A stretch of 64,000 nucleotides of DNA from Massalongia carnosa (Eukaryota). The DNA is taken from NCBI GenBank assembly GCA_965645245.1, contig OZ287074.1, forward strand, positions 1 through 64,000, written 5' to 3'. The notes under the pieces are model-generated. The model made no database searches and was not told the origin of the DNA. It was given only the letters and a program-made list of their open reading frames with translations. The translations under genes were made by a program, and so were the position numbers. Positions 46,547 through 57,619 of this stretch are shown here, piece after piece (the stretch's first letter is position 1; every line of letters starts with the position of its first letter).

Positions 46547-48383
46547 GTGTATTTACTCATACTTTCTCTTCTGTCTGAGTACTGGGCTACAAGCGACGGG
46601 TTGCCGATCTAGTGGTCATTGAAGAACTATCGTCGTTCTCCTTATCGCTCAAGACCTCCACAGCCTTCGAGGAGGGTTTCTTCTTTCCCTTCTTAGAAGC
46701 TGCTTGTGCCATGCTCCTGTTGGTAGAGCTGGGGTTATCTGCCAGGGGCTCTACCTCCCCATGCGCCCGCTTCTTCCCCTTGCGGAGAGTTGGCACGGTT
46801 TGCCAATCTTTCTCTCGTACAGAGCCCATTCGAGAGCCCTGTTCCACCTAGGTTGAGGCTAGGGTCACCTCACTGCTTGTCGTGACCGTCGGCGTGGTCG
46901 ATGCCGGCAGACTGCTCCGTTCTTGTTCCTGACCATTTAGGGTCTCCCTTGAGGAGGCCCTGAGAGGCCAGAAGGGGAGAGCTTCTTCTTTGGCCCGCTT
47001 CATTCGGGCCTTTTCCTTCTTTCGCTCCGGGCAAGACTCTGCGCTTGCCCCGTGGCCCTCCCTGCCACACGCATTGCATTTGAGAGTGACCGATTTGCAA
47101 TCGGTCATGTGGTGACTTTCGGAACATTTGAAGCATGTTTGATGCTTCTGTCGGCAAGCATGGTTCGTGTGACCATACTTACCGTACCGGAAACATTGCC
47201 TAAGCCTTACCTCCGGAACATGTCTTTCCACCGCGAAAGATCTCCCATCAAAATATAGCTGCGAGGCCAAAATGGTGTTGCACTCTAATTCGTTCTCAAA
47301 GTATACCACCATGGATCTAGCTGTGGCTCCTACCTTACTCGTGCGGGACAACCATTCTACTTCTGTTACCCTATTCCTAACGGGCATATGTGACTTATTT
47401 TCCTCCCAGAGGTGTTCCTTGATGTCTGTCATGCTTAGATTAGCCGGTACAAAGTGCGCGATTAAGCCGAAGCTTGGCTGTATTATAGTAGTTTTTGCTC
47501 GATAGGCTGATGGCCCATCGGGTGTCTTTTCTTAAACTTTCCGTGTCTGAGGCGTTGTTGACTATTACCTGTAGGTCTCCGCTAGGTAGGACCCTTGCTG
47601 CTATTGCTACGGCTGCTGCCGTGGCTGTGCCATTGGAAATAGGGGGGGCGGGAGCGTTTTGATTGGTCGGAATTCTCGTGTTGTTATGATTCTTTAACGC
47701 GTTAGATATTGCGGCGATGATTCTTTCTTTGAGCGCTGAGGAGGCCAGTTTGGCCAGATCCTTTGCTATGGCTTCGTTGTTCAGTTTCACGACGATTTCA
47801 CGAGCTTTCTCTTCTAGTATAGGAGCAGGGATGGACGTCCCCGAAAGTGTAGAGATCGTTGGGGCCGAGGCAGCAAAGGCTGCCCGTTCTGCCCAGGTCA
47901 TCGTCCTCTTGTAGCCAGTAGTGGCCGCGGAGGAGGTAGTGGGTGTTGTGCGGGCCGTGTCTTGCTTTCGCTCGACATAGGTGACTTTAGTGAGCGTTTG
48001 CTCTGTAGTGTTCTTTATTTGGTTGATGGTAGCTTGGAGCTGATCCATCGTGGGCTGGTTGCGCATCTTCTCCAGTAGGCTGAGCATACTGGAGAGTAAC
48101 AGGGTGTAAGACTGAACCTTCATAGGTCTTTGCTTCTGATATGCCTCGCAGTTAATTATGTTATTAAGCACATTGGTGAGGAAGTGACGATGCTCGTCTA
48201 GTGAATCGGGGGGGGCGTCGTTGGGCATGACAAAAGAGCTCCCCATGGTTGCAACAATGCAGCCACAACAGAACGGACGATATAACTTTCGGCCAAGATA
48301 GCTACAGAGTCGGGGAGCAATTCTACGTGATCATAAATGACTATTGAGGGCTTGTATTGGTAACGAATGCTATTTCTAGTGCT

Positions 48384-48738
48384 AGGTTGTCCTGGGTTAG
48401 GTATGCTTCTGGTTCAAGCTCTTCCTCACAGTCTTCCACTATATCGCGATCCGGGGGGATTGGTATGTCTGGGCTGGTTCGCAGACCAATGGCAGGCAGG
48501 GTGTAGCTAGGAATATCGGATGTAGGTAGATGCTCGTAGGCAACAAAGTCGACGGGACCTGCAAGACCAACTAGGCGCGATGGATTGTGGTAATAGCCTC
48601 GATTCTGCCGTCTATTGGCCGCTGCAGCTTCATCAGCAGTAGAGTACTTTCGAGGCCTACCACCTGGATTTTTCAATGGCTCCGTAGAAGGCATGATCGG
48701 GGAAGAGTGACGCTGAGCAGTCGAAGTCTTAGAGATGA
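48384..48738 (-). repeat. Unclassified AT-hook element, copy 3 (5' coding part; upstream region resumes at 61931)
   Basis: MPSTEPLKNPGGRPRKYSTADEAAAANRRQ from ATG 48694; matches 14759-15112. Confidence 0.8.
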
Positions 48739-48756
48739 CTAGCGACAGCGAAATTA

Positions 48757-50651
48757 GCGTGCCACGCCTCACCCCCTAGCGGGGGTGCTGGCCACCCAAA
48801 TGACGTACACCACCCATATGACGTTTTTAATTAAAAAGTTCTATTACCTCCTCAAAGGTAGCCCCATCCTCATATTCTATGTCTAATAACTCTATCCAGG
48901 TGTTGATCCACTGATCAGCTTTCTTACCTATCAATTTGAAGCCTTTGGCGCACTGTTTATTCCACTTATTTCGTGCATTTGCATCGATCCTCTCTTGCCG
49001 CTCCTCCGCTCTATTATGCTTAGCCACTTTCTCTATCCTCCAGGCCTTAATTTTTCCTCTTGCGTCGCCCACAGTTATAACACCGCCCTTTTGAGCAAGC
49101 GATCCATCTAGTGCTTCTCTTTTTGAGCGTTGTTTGTGATGATTTTGAGTGGCTGCAATGTCTCGCTCCGCCAACGCTAGCGAATTCGCAGCTTCGAGCG
49201 ACCCCTTTAAATATTGATCCATCTTTTTACGACGATCCTCGGGCAGATAAAAGTCTTCTAGACCTCTTTGTAACTCCCTTCCGCGTCTAAACAACTGCTT
49301 AGGACCATGTGGAGTGCCTTGAAAGGATGGTGACGAGCCGAAAGGGTCCGGAGTTGGCTCCTTTGAAGGGGGTTGCCAGCCACTTATTTTATCTAGCACT
49401 ATCTTGGGTGAGTAAGGAATTAGACCAGTGTGTTCGAAGGCCAATAGAATATTTGATCTAGTAAAGGCCTTTGCTCGCATGTCTGTGAAAGCGGCAAAAA
49501 AGTCTTGTTTGTTGAAATTATCGCTCCCGAGTCGAACAGCATCGTCAATTACATCGGAATGATAGTGCTTCATGGGCTGAAATATTCCCACATCCAATGG
49601 CTGAGTAACATGTGTAGAATGCAGGGGAAGACCGAACAAGATGATATTCTTGTGATTGCAGTACTCAATAAATTCGTATGTAAGATGAGATCCATAATTG
49701 TCCATGATAAGGAGTCTCCAGCCACCTACCTGAGTCTTCCGACTATGTTTTTCAAAGTGCTGTATCCACTCATAAGCCTTAACATCATCGGAATACTCAG
49801 AAGGAAGTAGTAGCAAGCAGTATATCGTCGTCGAGGTCGTTTTCTTGCACCCATTTATTTAGAATATAAACTCCGGGCACGATGAGCATCGGAGGGATCG
49901 TCGCTCCTCCACCACTAATACTTTCAACGTCACGTACACCCGGATCAGTAACACGAACAGGACCTTTGGCAAGCAATGTGATGACAGTATGACCCCTGCC
50001 AACGCCTATCCGAAAGCCTGACTCGTCCATGTTCCAAATATCTTCGGGTCCGATCCCCTTCTCGTGACAAATTTGACGAAATTCATGGAAGTAAGCCTTT
50101 GCAACATCGTTTGTAAGGGAAGTCTTCCTTTCGACTGCAAGAGGTGTCTGCTTCCTCCTATGAAATTGAGGGTGCTGAGCTAGAAATCGTGCTGGCCAGT
50201 GCTGTCCGACTCGGGGAGGATCGACAGGATTCGCCTGAGCAAGAAGGTAATTTGCTGCACCCCGCAGATGCCTGATGCGCGCAGAAATCGATAGTTTATC
50301 CAGTCTTGTCAAATATATGACTATTGCACCTCTTTGATCGTCAGTTAGAGCATGACCATGAGGCTCACGTTCAAAGAAGGAAGTATGGGTTCCAGCAATG
50401 CGTCTCTGAAGAGTTCTGACTTTGACGTTGAATGCGACGGCAGCATCGGTTGCAAAGCGGTATTCGCCATCGCCAATAGCATCCAGGGCATCCTGAATAT
50501 GATGCTCCAATTCTTCATAATTGGTAGGCATTGTGTTGTTGAATGGTGATCGTTGAATAGTTGAAGTCAAAAATCGAAAAAAACGTCATATGGGTGGTGT
50601 ACGTCATTTGGGTGGCCAGCACCCCCGCTAGGGGGTGAGGCGTGGCACGAT
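48757..50651 (-). mobile_element. pogo/Fot1-like transposon with about 70-bp TIRs, TA flanks
   Basis: TIR CGTGCCACGCCTCACCCCCTAGCGGGGGTGCTGG.. at 48758-48827 inverted at about 50579-50649; TA at 48755 and 50652. Confidence 0.93.
48827..50531 (-). pseudogene. pogo/Fot1 transposase, one frameshift near 49805
   Basis: WNMDESGF, LLIMDNYGSH, QPLDVGIF; ORFs 50570-49797 and 49816-48827. Confidence 0.88.
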
Positions 50652-52566
50652 TACCACCAACATGACCCCACCATTTAAACTCCAAAATCTTAATTTTCCT
50701 AGATATTCCCTACACCAAAATCCTAACATATTTTTATAATTTGGTAGACACATATATATATTAAGAGTACGGATACGTGGACACCCCTTTGGTTACCTGG
50801 ACACCCCCTGAGGTTACCTGGACACCCCCCAGTGATACACGGACACCCCCTTCCTAGAATAGGTAAGAATCAAGGGTTCAGCCCCCTCACTTACCCACTT
50901 CGGGGTAAGCTCCCGGGCGCATATCGGGGAAATTTTTTCCTTCACCTTTTGAAAGTGGTCGGGAATTTCTGAAACGAAGTCGATTGGCACTGGCTTTGCA
51001 AATCAGACTCTGATTCTAGAAACTAAGCCTCATTTGGTCTAATTAATGATGATAACCTCCTCATCTCCGCTTGCTGTCGCTGTCCCCCCCCCCCTGTCGC
51101 CGTCCCCGCCTCCGAGTCATTTGTAGTCAGCCTATCTGCCAATCCCCTTGTTATAACCCCTCCTCTAGCCCTACCTCCCCGTCCCCGTCCCCATCCCGAT
51201 CCCCGTCCCCGTCTGCCTCGTCCATGACCAGGTGCCGGGTCCGCTCGATGAACGGCTGATTGATCTGCATCCGGGTCCACCCGCTCGAAAAGGGAAGGAT
51301 TACGATTAGTAGATGCCTCGAATGCTTGCTGTCTTCTATTCAAATTCTCCGCACCTGGAGGTCTGCCCCTTGGTCTAGCAACTTCGGGTGCCTGAACCCG
51401 AAGATAAGGATTATCAATAGCCACACGGGCTGTCCTATCAAACCTCCAATGAGGATGAATATCTTCCAATAGCAACTTTCCCCCCCCATCCCCATACAAT
51501 CGTTCCTGAATCTTATGACTGCACGGAAGACCCATGGTTAAACTGAACGTTCCAGTACAGGCCGGAATAGCTGTTGGTTGACCAACCAAACGTTCGTATT
51601 GAGGCATTATCTTTCTCAAAGCATAGGAAGTGACGTATGGACTGATTTCCTGAAAGCTAGGTTTGCGAATATCCATAGGTAGTCGCACCTTCGCTTCATC
51701 AAGACGAATCAGATGATTGTGAAGTTCATTGATCAATAGAAGATTGATTCCGTCCACCACCGTCTTAAGATCTCTAGATGATGACCCTAGCTGTCGCTTA
51801 AGTACTGCATGCCCACCTTCACCTCGAGAGGTAGTGGTGGTTTCGAAATGAGTAATCATACTGGTATAGCACTTGACAAAACGATGTCGGAAGGGTATGT
51901 AGATGTCGTTTAGATATTCCACACATTGATCCTGACCCTGATACTGAATCCTGAATCGCTCCCATGACTCCAAAAACTCTGGTTCTGACGAGGCATAAAC
52001 GACCGTTTTCCAGTCAGCGAAGAAGGAGTCCCACGCCTCTTTGGTATCGAAGCTCTTCTTGCAATTGGTCAGGACGTTATTATTGATGTGCCATAAGCAA
52101 AGTGTTAGAATGTACAAATCAGGTTACTTCATTTCAGCCGCACTCACCTTCTACCGCACGAGTATGGCGCACGCTAATGGCTAGACGTATCGCTAGTCTA
52201 ATACTAGCATACCGTACATTGTCTATAAATCTAGCTATTCCCACTATATAGAACAACAGCAAGCGTTCTATCCTCTATCTACTATACTACCTTTTGATAG
52301 GTTATGAGCCCGGCCGCAGGGCGCCTCTTTACATGTGTTTGCTTGTCTTACTTTACCTACCCTAACACAAGCCTCCTTACCGTCGCAAACAATTACCGTC
52401 GCGAATAATCTCCTACAAAAAAATCCGACACAAATCGACACATATGAAACAGTCGGCAGTGTTTGAGATGGCTAAGCACTACTATCGGGCGCCCGGCTTC
52501 TTCTTTGCCCCTTACAAAACGAACGCTAACAAATATTTTAACAGGCACCTCCTTGCACTTCGTTTC

Positions 52567-52891
52567 GATGTCTCGGATGATCTACATTCCCCACAAAAAA
52601 CCGGGAATGTGACATCCAGATGTCTCGGATGATCTACGTTCCCAATAAAAAACCGGGAATGTGACATCCACTTCACTTTGATGTCTCGGATGATCTACAT
52701 TCCCAACAAAAAATCGGAAATGTGACATCCAGGTGTCTCGGATGATCTACATTTCCAATAAAAAACCGGAAATGTGACATTCACTTCGATGTCTCGGATG
52801 ATCTACATTCCCAACAAAAAACCGGGAATGTGACATCCAGATGTCTCGGATGATCTACGTTCCCAACAAAAAACCGGGAATGTGACATCCA
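52567..52891 (+). repeat. Six tandem hairpin units (about 52 bp) in the Copia E leader
   Basis: GATGTCTCGGATGATCTACATTCCCAACAAAAAACCGGGAATGTGACATCCA with variants, at 52567, 52619, 52680, 52732, 52788 and 52840. Confidence 0.95.
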
Positions 52892-53494
52892 TTGGGATGA
52901 AACCAAATCTCCCTGTAATCGATTTTGCCCTCTATTCATAGTCAGCATCTGCGTATCAGTTATAAGACTGCAGGATTATGGCTTCGAGCAACAAAAAACG
53001 CTCTCGATTTATCAACCCCAAAGGCACAACTAAACGCCTCAAATCTATCTTTGCACCTGCATCTGCTTCTGCGTTTAGATCTATTATATCAATCACTGCC
53101 CCATTCCTACGTGGCACTCTTGCCGAGATCCAATGACTCTCAGAGCCTCAACCAAATAATAGGCCGGCAACAAGGCTTGAACGGGATTCACAACATACAT
53201 TACAGGCGGCTAGTGCGGAAATCGTTGCTTTCTCTTAGAGGATAACTCAGATCAATCAAAATTGGATTGCTTTGTACCATCATCCCTGAGCCTCCAGTCA
53301 CTCCCGGTCAGTCCACATCAAAATCGGACCTAGAACCGCCCAGCGACTGTGATCCTTTCGATCTAAGAGCCAGAACCAAGTCACCAAGCACTTATAATAG
53401 CACTCCGTCGGAATCCGGTAAAACCAAACACCAGTTCAAGCCAGTCCGTTAACAAGGACAATCCATTAAGCTCTTCCAATAAACCCTTTCCATC

Positions 53495-56400
53495 ATGAGT
53501 GAAAAAATCTCTGGATCGGGGTCCTATAGCGCTATTGATAGGATCCCTAAGCTAGTGGACCACGAGGGTTATCCAGCATGGAAGCGAGCCATGCGAGATT
53601 GCCTCAAAATGATAGATCTTTGGATCTATTGTGATAACACCGAAGCTGCACCACGCCCAAACGCTCCCAATGATGGCTTCAACAAATGGAAAAAGGGCCA
53701 AGATAAGGCCTGCACTGCTCTACGATTAGCTTGTGAAGGAAATGCCTACACCGATATAGAAGACCATACTACTGCTTCCGTCGCCTGGGACCTGCTTGAG
53801 TCAAACTATAAGCCTCGCGGTTCGGGATTCCTCAATGACACCTTTAGAAAATTAGACAACCTTATCCTATCGGATTGCAGCAGCCCTGCAGACTACGTTA
53901 CCCAATTTCGCGCCACGGTGAATAAGCTTCGCACCTTCTCAAGCAAGCTAAGCCTGGACGAAAACTGGCTTATCTATCGCTTCCATACCAATTTAGGCTT
54001 CGAATACAACAGCTATTTCGAACGATACGCTCAGGATCATGATCCTTTCAATGAAATGGGTGAACCCAAGCACACGTTAAGTCAGGCTATGCAGCATTTC
54101 CAAAACACGGTGACCAACCCAAGCAAGTCCAGCGATAAGGCCGTAATCGCAATGGCAGCTGTTTCAAACGCTCAAACCCAAGCAGGAGCTCAACCCGGAA
54201 CAGCCCATTCTCGAATCATCACCAAGACCATCAAGTTCTGCAACCACTGCCGAAAAGACTATCACGTAGAGAGCGAGTGTCGTGAAAAATATCCACACCT
54301 CGTTAACCAAGACTCACAGCGTAAGTCCAATAAGCGTCGTAGGAATTCCAAAAGTCAAGGTCAAAGCCAAAAGCCAACCGGAAACAATGACTCAACCAAA
54401 GGAGCCTTCTGCGCCTACATGGCCACCGCAGATATAACCAAAATATCTAAGCTCTGGATCTGTGACTCTGGAACTAGCCAACATATTACCCACGATCGCT
54501 CCATCTTCACCTCATTCAAGACATCCGATTGCCCTCCAATTCAAGGTATTGGAGGAGTATTAATTCCCAAAGGAATAGGTAACGTCATGTTGCGGTGTGC
54601 CGGTAACGAGGGTCTTCGGGAGTTCCCTCTTTTCGATGTGTTATACGTTCCGGACGGAGGCCTAAATCTCATCTCCCAAGGACAATTACAACGAGATGGA
54701 TGTCCCCTGAAGATTGTACCAGAGGGAATTGAAATCGGGAACTATGGTATTATCGCTCGCCGCCAGGACAACAATCTGTATATCCTGAATATGTGGAACG
54801 TCTCTGAAGCCGCTCTCGCTCTCGCTGCAATTAATAGCGAGGCGATAAAAATGTGGCACGCTCGTTTAGGCGATCTTGGAAATCAAAACATTCTCAAGCT
54901 CGCTGGCATGTCAAAAGGAATGGACCTCACCAAGCCCCCGCCCCAAGACGCCTGTCCTCCGTGCGCCATCGCTCAGTCCCAAGTAGAACCACACCGGGCC
55001 CCCATCCAACCAGGCAAGCACCCGCTGGACTTAATTCACAGTGATGTCCAAGGACCTTTCCCAGAAGCCTTGAACGGCGCCAAATATATGGTGACCTTTC
55101 TTTGCGATTTCGATAAACGGTCCCACGTCACCTTACTGCGCGTCAAAAGCGGAGTCCTTCAAGCTTTTAAAAACTACAAGAAGCAAAATGAATATGGGGA
55201 CAAACGAATTAAGCGCTTGCGATCGGACTGTGGGGGTGAGTATGACTCCAAGGACTTCGAGAATTTCAGAAACGAGCATGGCATTCAGTGGGAACCTACC
55301 GTACCGGGAAATCCACCCATGAACGGGACAGCCGAGCGCCTAGGTCAAACGCTTCACAAGTTAGCCAGCACCATGCGAGAAGGCGCTAAACTAGACATCA
55401 AATATTGGGCTGAGATGGTTCTCACTGCCAACTACCTAAGAAATCGACAACCAACTGCGGGACGCTCCATCACCCCCTACGAGTCTCACACCGGCAGCCC
55501 ACCAGAACTAGGACATCTAAGGATAATAGGACAGACTGGCTATGCGCAAAATCGCAAGCCCTCCACCGGATGGAAGAAATTTCAGGAACGAGCCACCAAA
55601 TGTACTTTAGTAGGATACGAAGGCGATCACATCTATCGAATGATAAATCCACGGGGCGCGGTCATGCGTTATTCCAATGTTCAGTGGATAGATAACAACC
55701 CCCCAACTCCTCCTTCCTTATCATTCTCTCAAACTAAAAGAGCCCTACATGTTGGACAGTCAGGACCGCCCACAAGAAAGCAAAAAATTACCCATCATAC
55801 GGACTCCCCTCATACGGACTTAGTCGACGCTCATGAATCCATAGAATCAATTCCCACTGGACCTCTCCCATCAAACGCTGGAAAAGAGGCATTGGCAAAC
55901 CAACTGCCCATTGAGCCTTGGTCCCAGGCAGATATTCTCTCTAAGCATCCAAAACTTCGCGCCCCCTCGCCTGACCCGCTTGCTCTTTTGGCTCTTCTTG
56001 CTCGAGCCAATGACCCGGAGCCATACGAGCCTAAAACCTATAAACAGGCCGTAGATAGTCGGAAGGAAAAGGATTGGCGAAGGGCAATGCAGGAAGAAAT
56101 TGACTCTATCAACGAAAATGATACCTGGATCCTCACCTCCCTGCCCCCGGACCGCAAAGCCCTGCGAGGCAAATGGGTTTATAAAATCAAACGAGGCCCG
56201 GCTGGCGAGATTCTTCGTTACAAGGCTCGATGGGTAGTCAGAGGCTTTGAGCAACGTGAAGGCATTGACTACAATGAGACTTTTGCTTCAGTAGTGAAGC
56301 CAATGAGCTATAAAGCCATCTTCGCTATCGCTGCAGCCAATGATTGGGAAATCCACCAAATGGACGTAAAAACAGCCTTCTTGTACGGAAGGGTGGACGA

Positions 56401-57619
56401 GGAAATCTACGTGGAGCAACCAACCGGTCTGGATGACGGGTCAACGAGAGTTTGCAAGTTGAAGAAAGCTCTTTATGGCCTGAAACAGTCGTCTAGAATC
56501 TGGTATGAAACGATCACTACTTTTTTCAAGTCTCATGAATTCGTTCCAGTCAACGCCGACCTTAGCGTTTTCGTTAAAGAAGGGGTTATCGTAGCCATTT
56601 ACGTCGATGATTTAATCATCACTGGCTCTTCTTCTTCCGAGATACAACGTGTCAAGAAACTGCTGAGTGACGAGTTCTCGATGGTTGATTTAGGCCCTAT
56701 CAATTACTACCTGGGCATGACGATAACTCGGGATCGGGCTAATAGGATTCTTCGCCTTGGTCAGCAGGCCTATCTGGAAAAAGTACTACGCGACCATGGC
56801 ATGTGGGACACTAACCCCGTGGCTACCCCGATGGATGGGCGACTGGAGGCTGCACCAGAGGGCCATCAGGCCACAGATGACTCTCGCCTCCGCTACCAAT
56901 CAGCGGTGGGCTCTCTCATGTATGCTATGCTAGGCACTAGGCCTGACTTAGCCTACGCCGTATCGGTGGTCAGCCGCTATGCCTCGAACCCGACCGATAC
57001 GCACTGGAAGGCAGTCAAACGCATCTTTCGATACATCAAGGGCACTCTACCGTTGCAGTTAACATACAAAGGTCACTTACAACCCTTGAACGGTTACACT
57101 GACGCGGATTGGGCCGGAGATCATCATACCCGAAGGTCTACCTCAGGCTTCGTGTTTAATGTGGGTAGTGGCGCTATTAGCTGGTCTTCCAAACGACAAC
57201 CGACCGTAGCCCTATCTTCATGCGAAGCCGAGTACATGGGTCAGACTCAAGCCACCAAGGAAGCCGTCTGGCTGTCTAGTCTTCTCGACCAACTTTCAGC
57301 ACCTCAAGTCCCTGGGATACACTCTCTCCAAACCCAGAGCACCTCTGTAGCCCTTGCCTGCTTGCCTACATCTTTCGCCCTAAATGCTATCATCATTCAC
57401 TGCGACAATCAAGGAGCAATAGCTTTGGCCAAAAATCCCCAGGCACACGCGCGGAGCAAGCATATTGACATCCAATGGCACTACCAAAGAGAGAAGATCG
57501 AAGACAAATCAGTGGAATTTCGCTATGTTCCTACCGAAGAACAGGTAGCTGACGGCCTAACCAAGGCCCTACCAAAGGACAAATTTGTTGTCTTTCGAAA
57601 AGCTTTAGGCTTAGAATAA
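53495..57619 (+). CDS. Copia gag-pol polyprotein (1374 aa)
   Basis: CNHCRKDYHVESEC, WICDSGT, IHSD/RSDCGGEY/NGTAER, YKARWV, QMDVKTAFL, YVDD, YTDADW, CEAEY, ADGLTK; uninterrupted. Confidence 0.97.
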   Translation: MSEKISGSGSYSAIDRIPKLVDHEGYPAWKRAMRDCLKMIDLWIYCDNTEAAPRPNAPNDGFNKWKKGQDKACTALRLACEGNAYTDIEDHTTASVAWDLLESNYKPRGSGFLNDTFRKLDNLILSDCSSPADYVTQFRATVNKLRTFSSKLSLDENWLIYRFHTNLGFEYNSYFERYAQDHDPFNEMGEPKHTLSQAMQHFQNTVTNPSKSSDKAVIAMAAVSNAQTQAGAQPGTAHSRIITKTIKFCNHCRKDYHVESECREKYPHLVNQDSQRKSNKRRRNSKSQGQSQKPTGNNDSTKGAFCAYMATADITKISKLWICDSGTSQHITHDRSIFTSFKTSDCPPIQGIGGVLIPKGIGNVMLRCAGNEGLREFPLFDVLYVPDGGLNLISQGQLQRDGCPLKIVPEGIEIGNYGIIARRQDNNLYILNMWNVSEAALALAAINSEAIKMWHARLGDLGNQNILKLAGMSKGMDLTKPPPQDACPPCAIAQSQVEPHRAPIQPGKHPLDLIHSDVQGPFPEALNGAKYMVTFLCDFDKRSHVTLLRVKSGVLQAFKNYKKQNEYGDKRIKRLRSDCGGEYDSKDFENFRNEHGIQWEPTVPGNPPMNGTAERLGQTLHKLASTMREGAKLDIKYWAEMVLTANYLRNRQPTAGRSITPYESHTGSPPELGHLRIIGQTGYAQNRKPSTGWKKFQERATKCTLVGYEGDHIYRMINPRGAVMRYSNVQWIDNNPPTPPSLSFSQTKRALHVGQSGPPTRKQKITHHTDSPHTDLVDAHESIESIPTGPLPSNAGKEALANQLPIEPWSQADILSKHPKLRAPSPDPLALLALLARANDPEPYEPKTYKQAVDSRKEKDWRRAMQEEIDSINENDTWILTSLPPDRKALRGKWVYKIKRGPAGEILRYKARWVVRGFEQREGIDYNETFASVVKPMSYKAIFAIAAANDWEIHQMDVKTAFLYGRVDEEIYVEQPTGLDDGSTRVCKLKKALYGLKQSSRIWYETITTFFKSHEFVPVNADLSVFVKEGVIVAIYVDDLIITGSSSSEIQRVKKLLSDEFSMVDLGPINYYLGMTITRDRANRILRLGQQAYLEKVLRDHGMWDTNPVATPMDGRLEAAPEGHQATDDSRLRYQSAVGSLMYAMLGTRPDLAYAVSVVSRYASNPTDTHWKAVKRIFRYIKGTLPLQLTYKGHLQPLNGYTDADWAGDHHTRRSTSGFVFNVGSGAISWSSKRQPTVALSSCEAEYMGQTQATKEAVWLSSLLDQLSAPQVPGIHSLQTQSTSVALACLPTSFALNAIIIHCDNQGAIALAKNPQAHARSKHIDIQWHYQREKIEDKSVEFRYVPTEEQVADGLTKALPKDKFVVFRKALGLE

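Larger units (their letters stand above)
36999..48383 (-). mobile_element. Tad1-like LINE family 2, copy 2, with RNase H; degenerate and split by Copia D
   Basis: ORF1 48246-46587; ORF2 from ATG 46560 continuing 40712 to about 37000 with SDH, APGPDG, YRPIAL, QGSPISP, YVDD; RNase H YTHGS..LAE..ADNQSAI..WIPG..GNEIADQAAK. The 3' boundary is approximate. Confidence 0.9.

Noticed and set aside
52567..52891. CRISPR array
   Set aside because: No unique spacers, no cas genes, and it lies inside a fungal retrotransposon.
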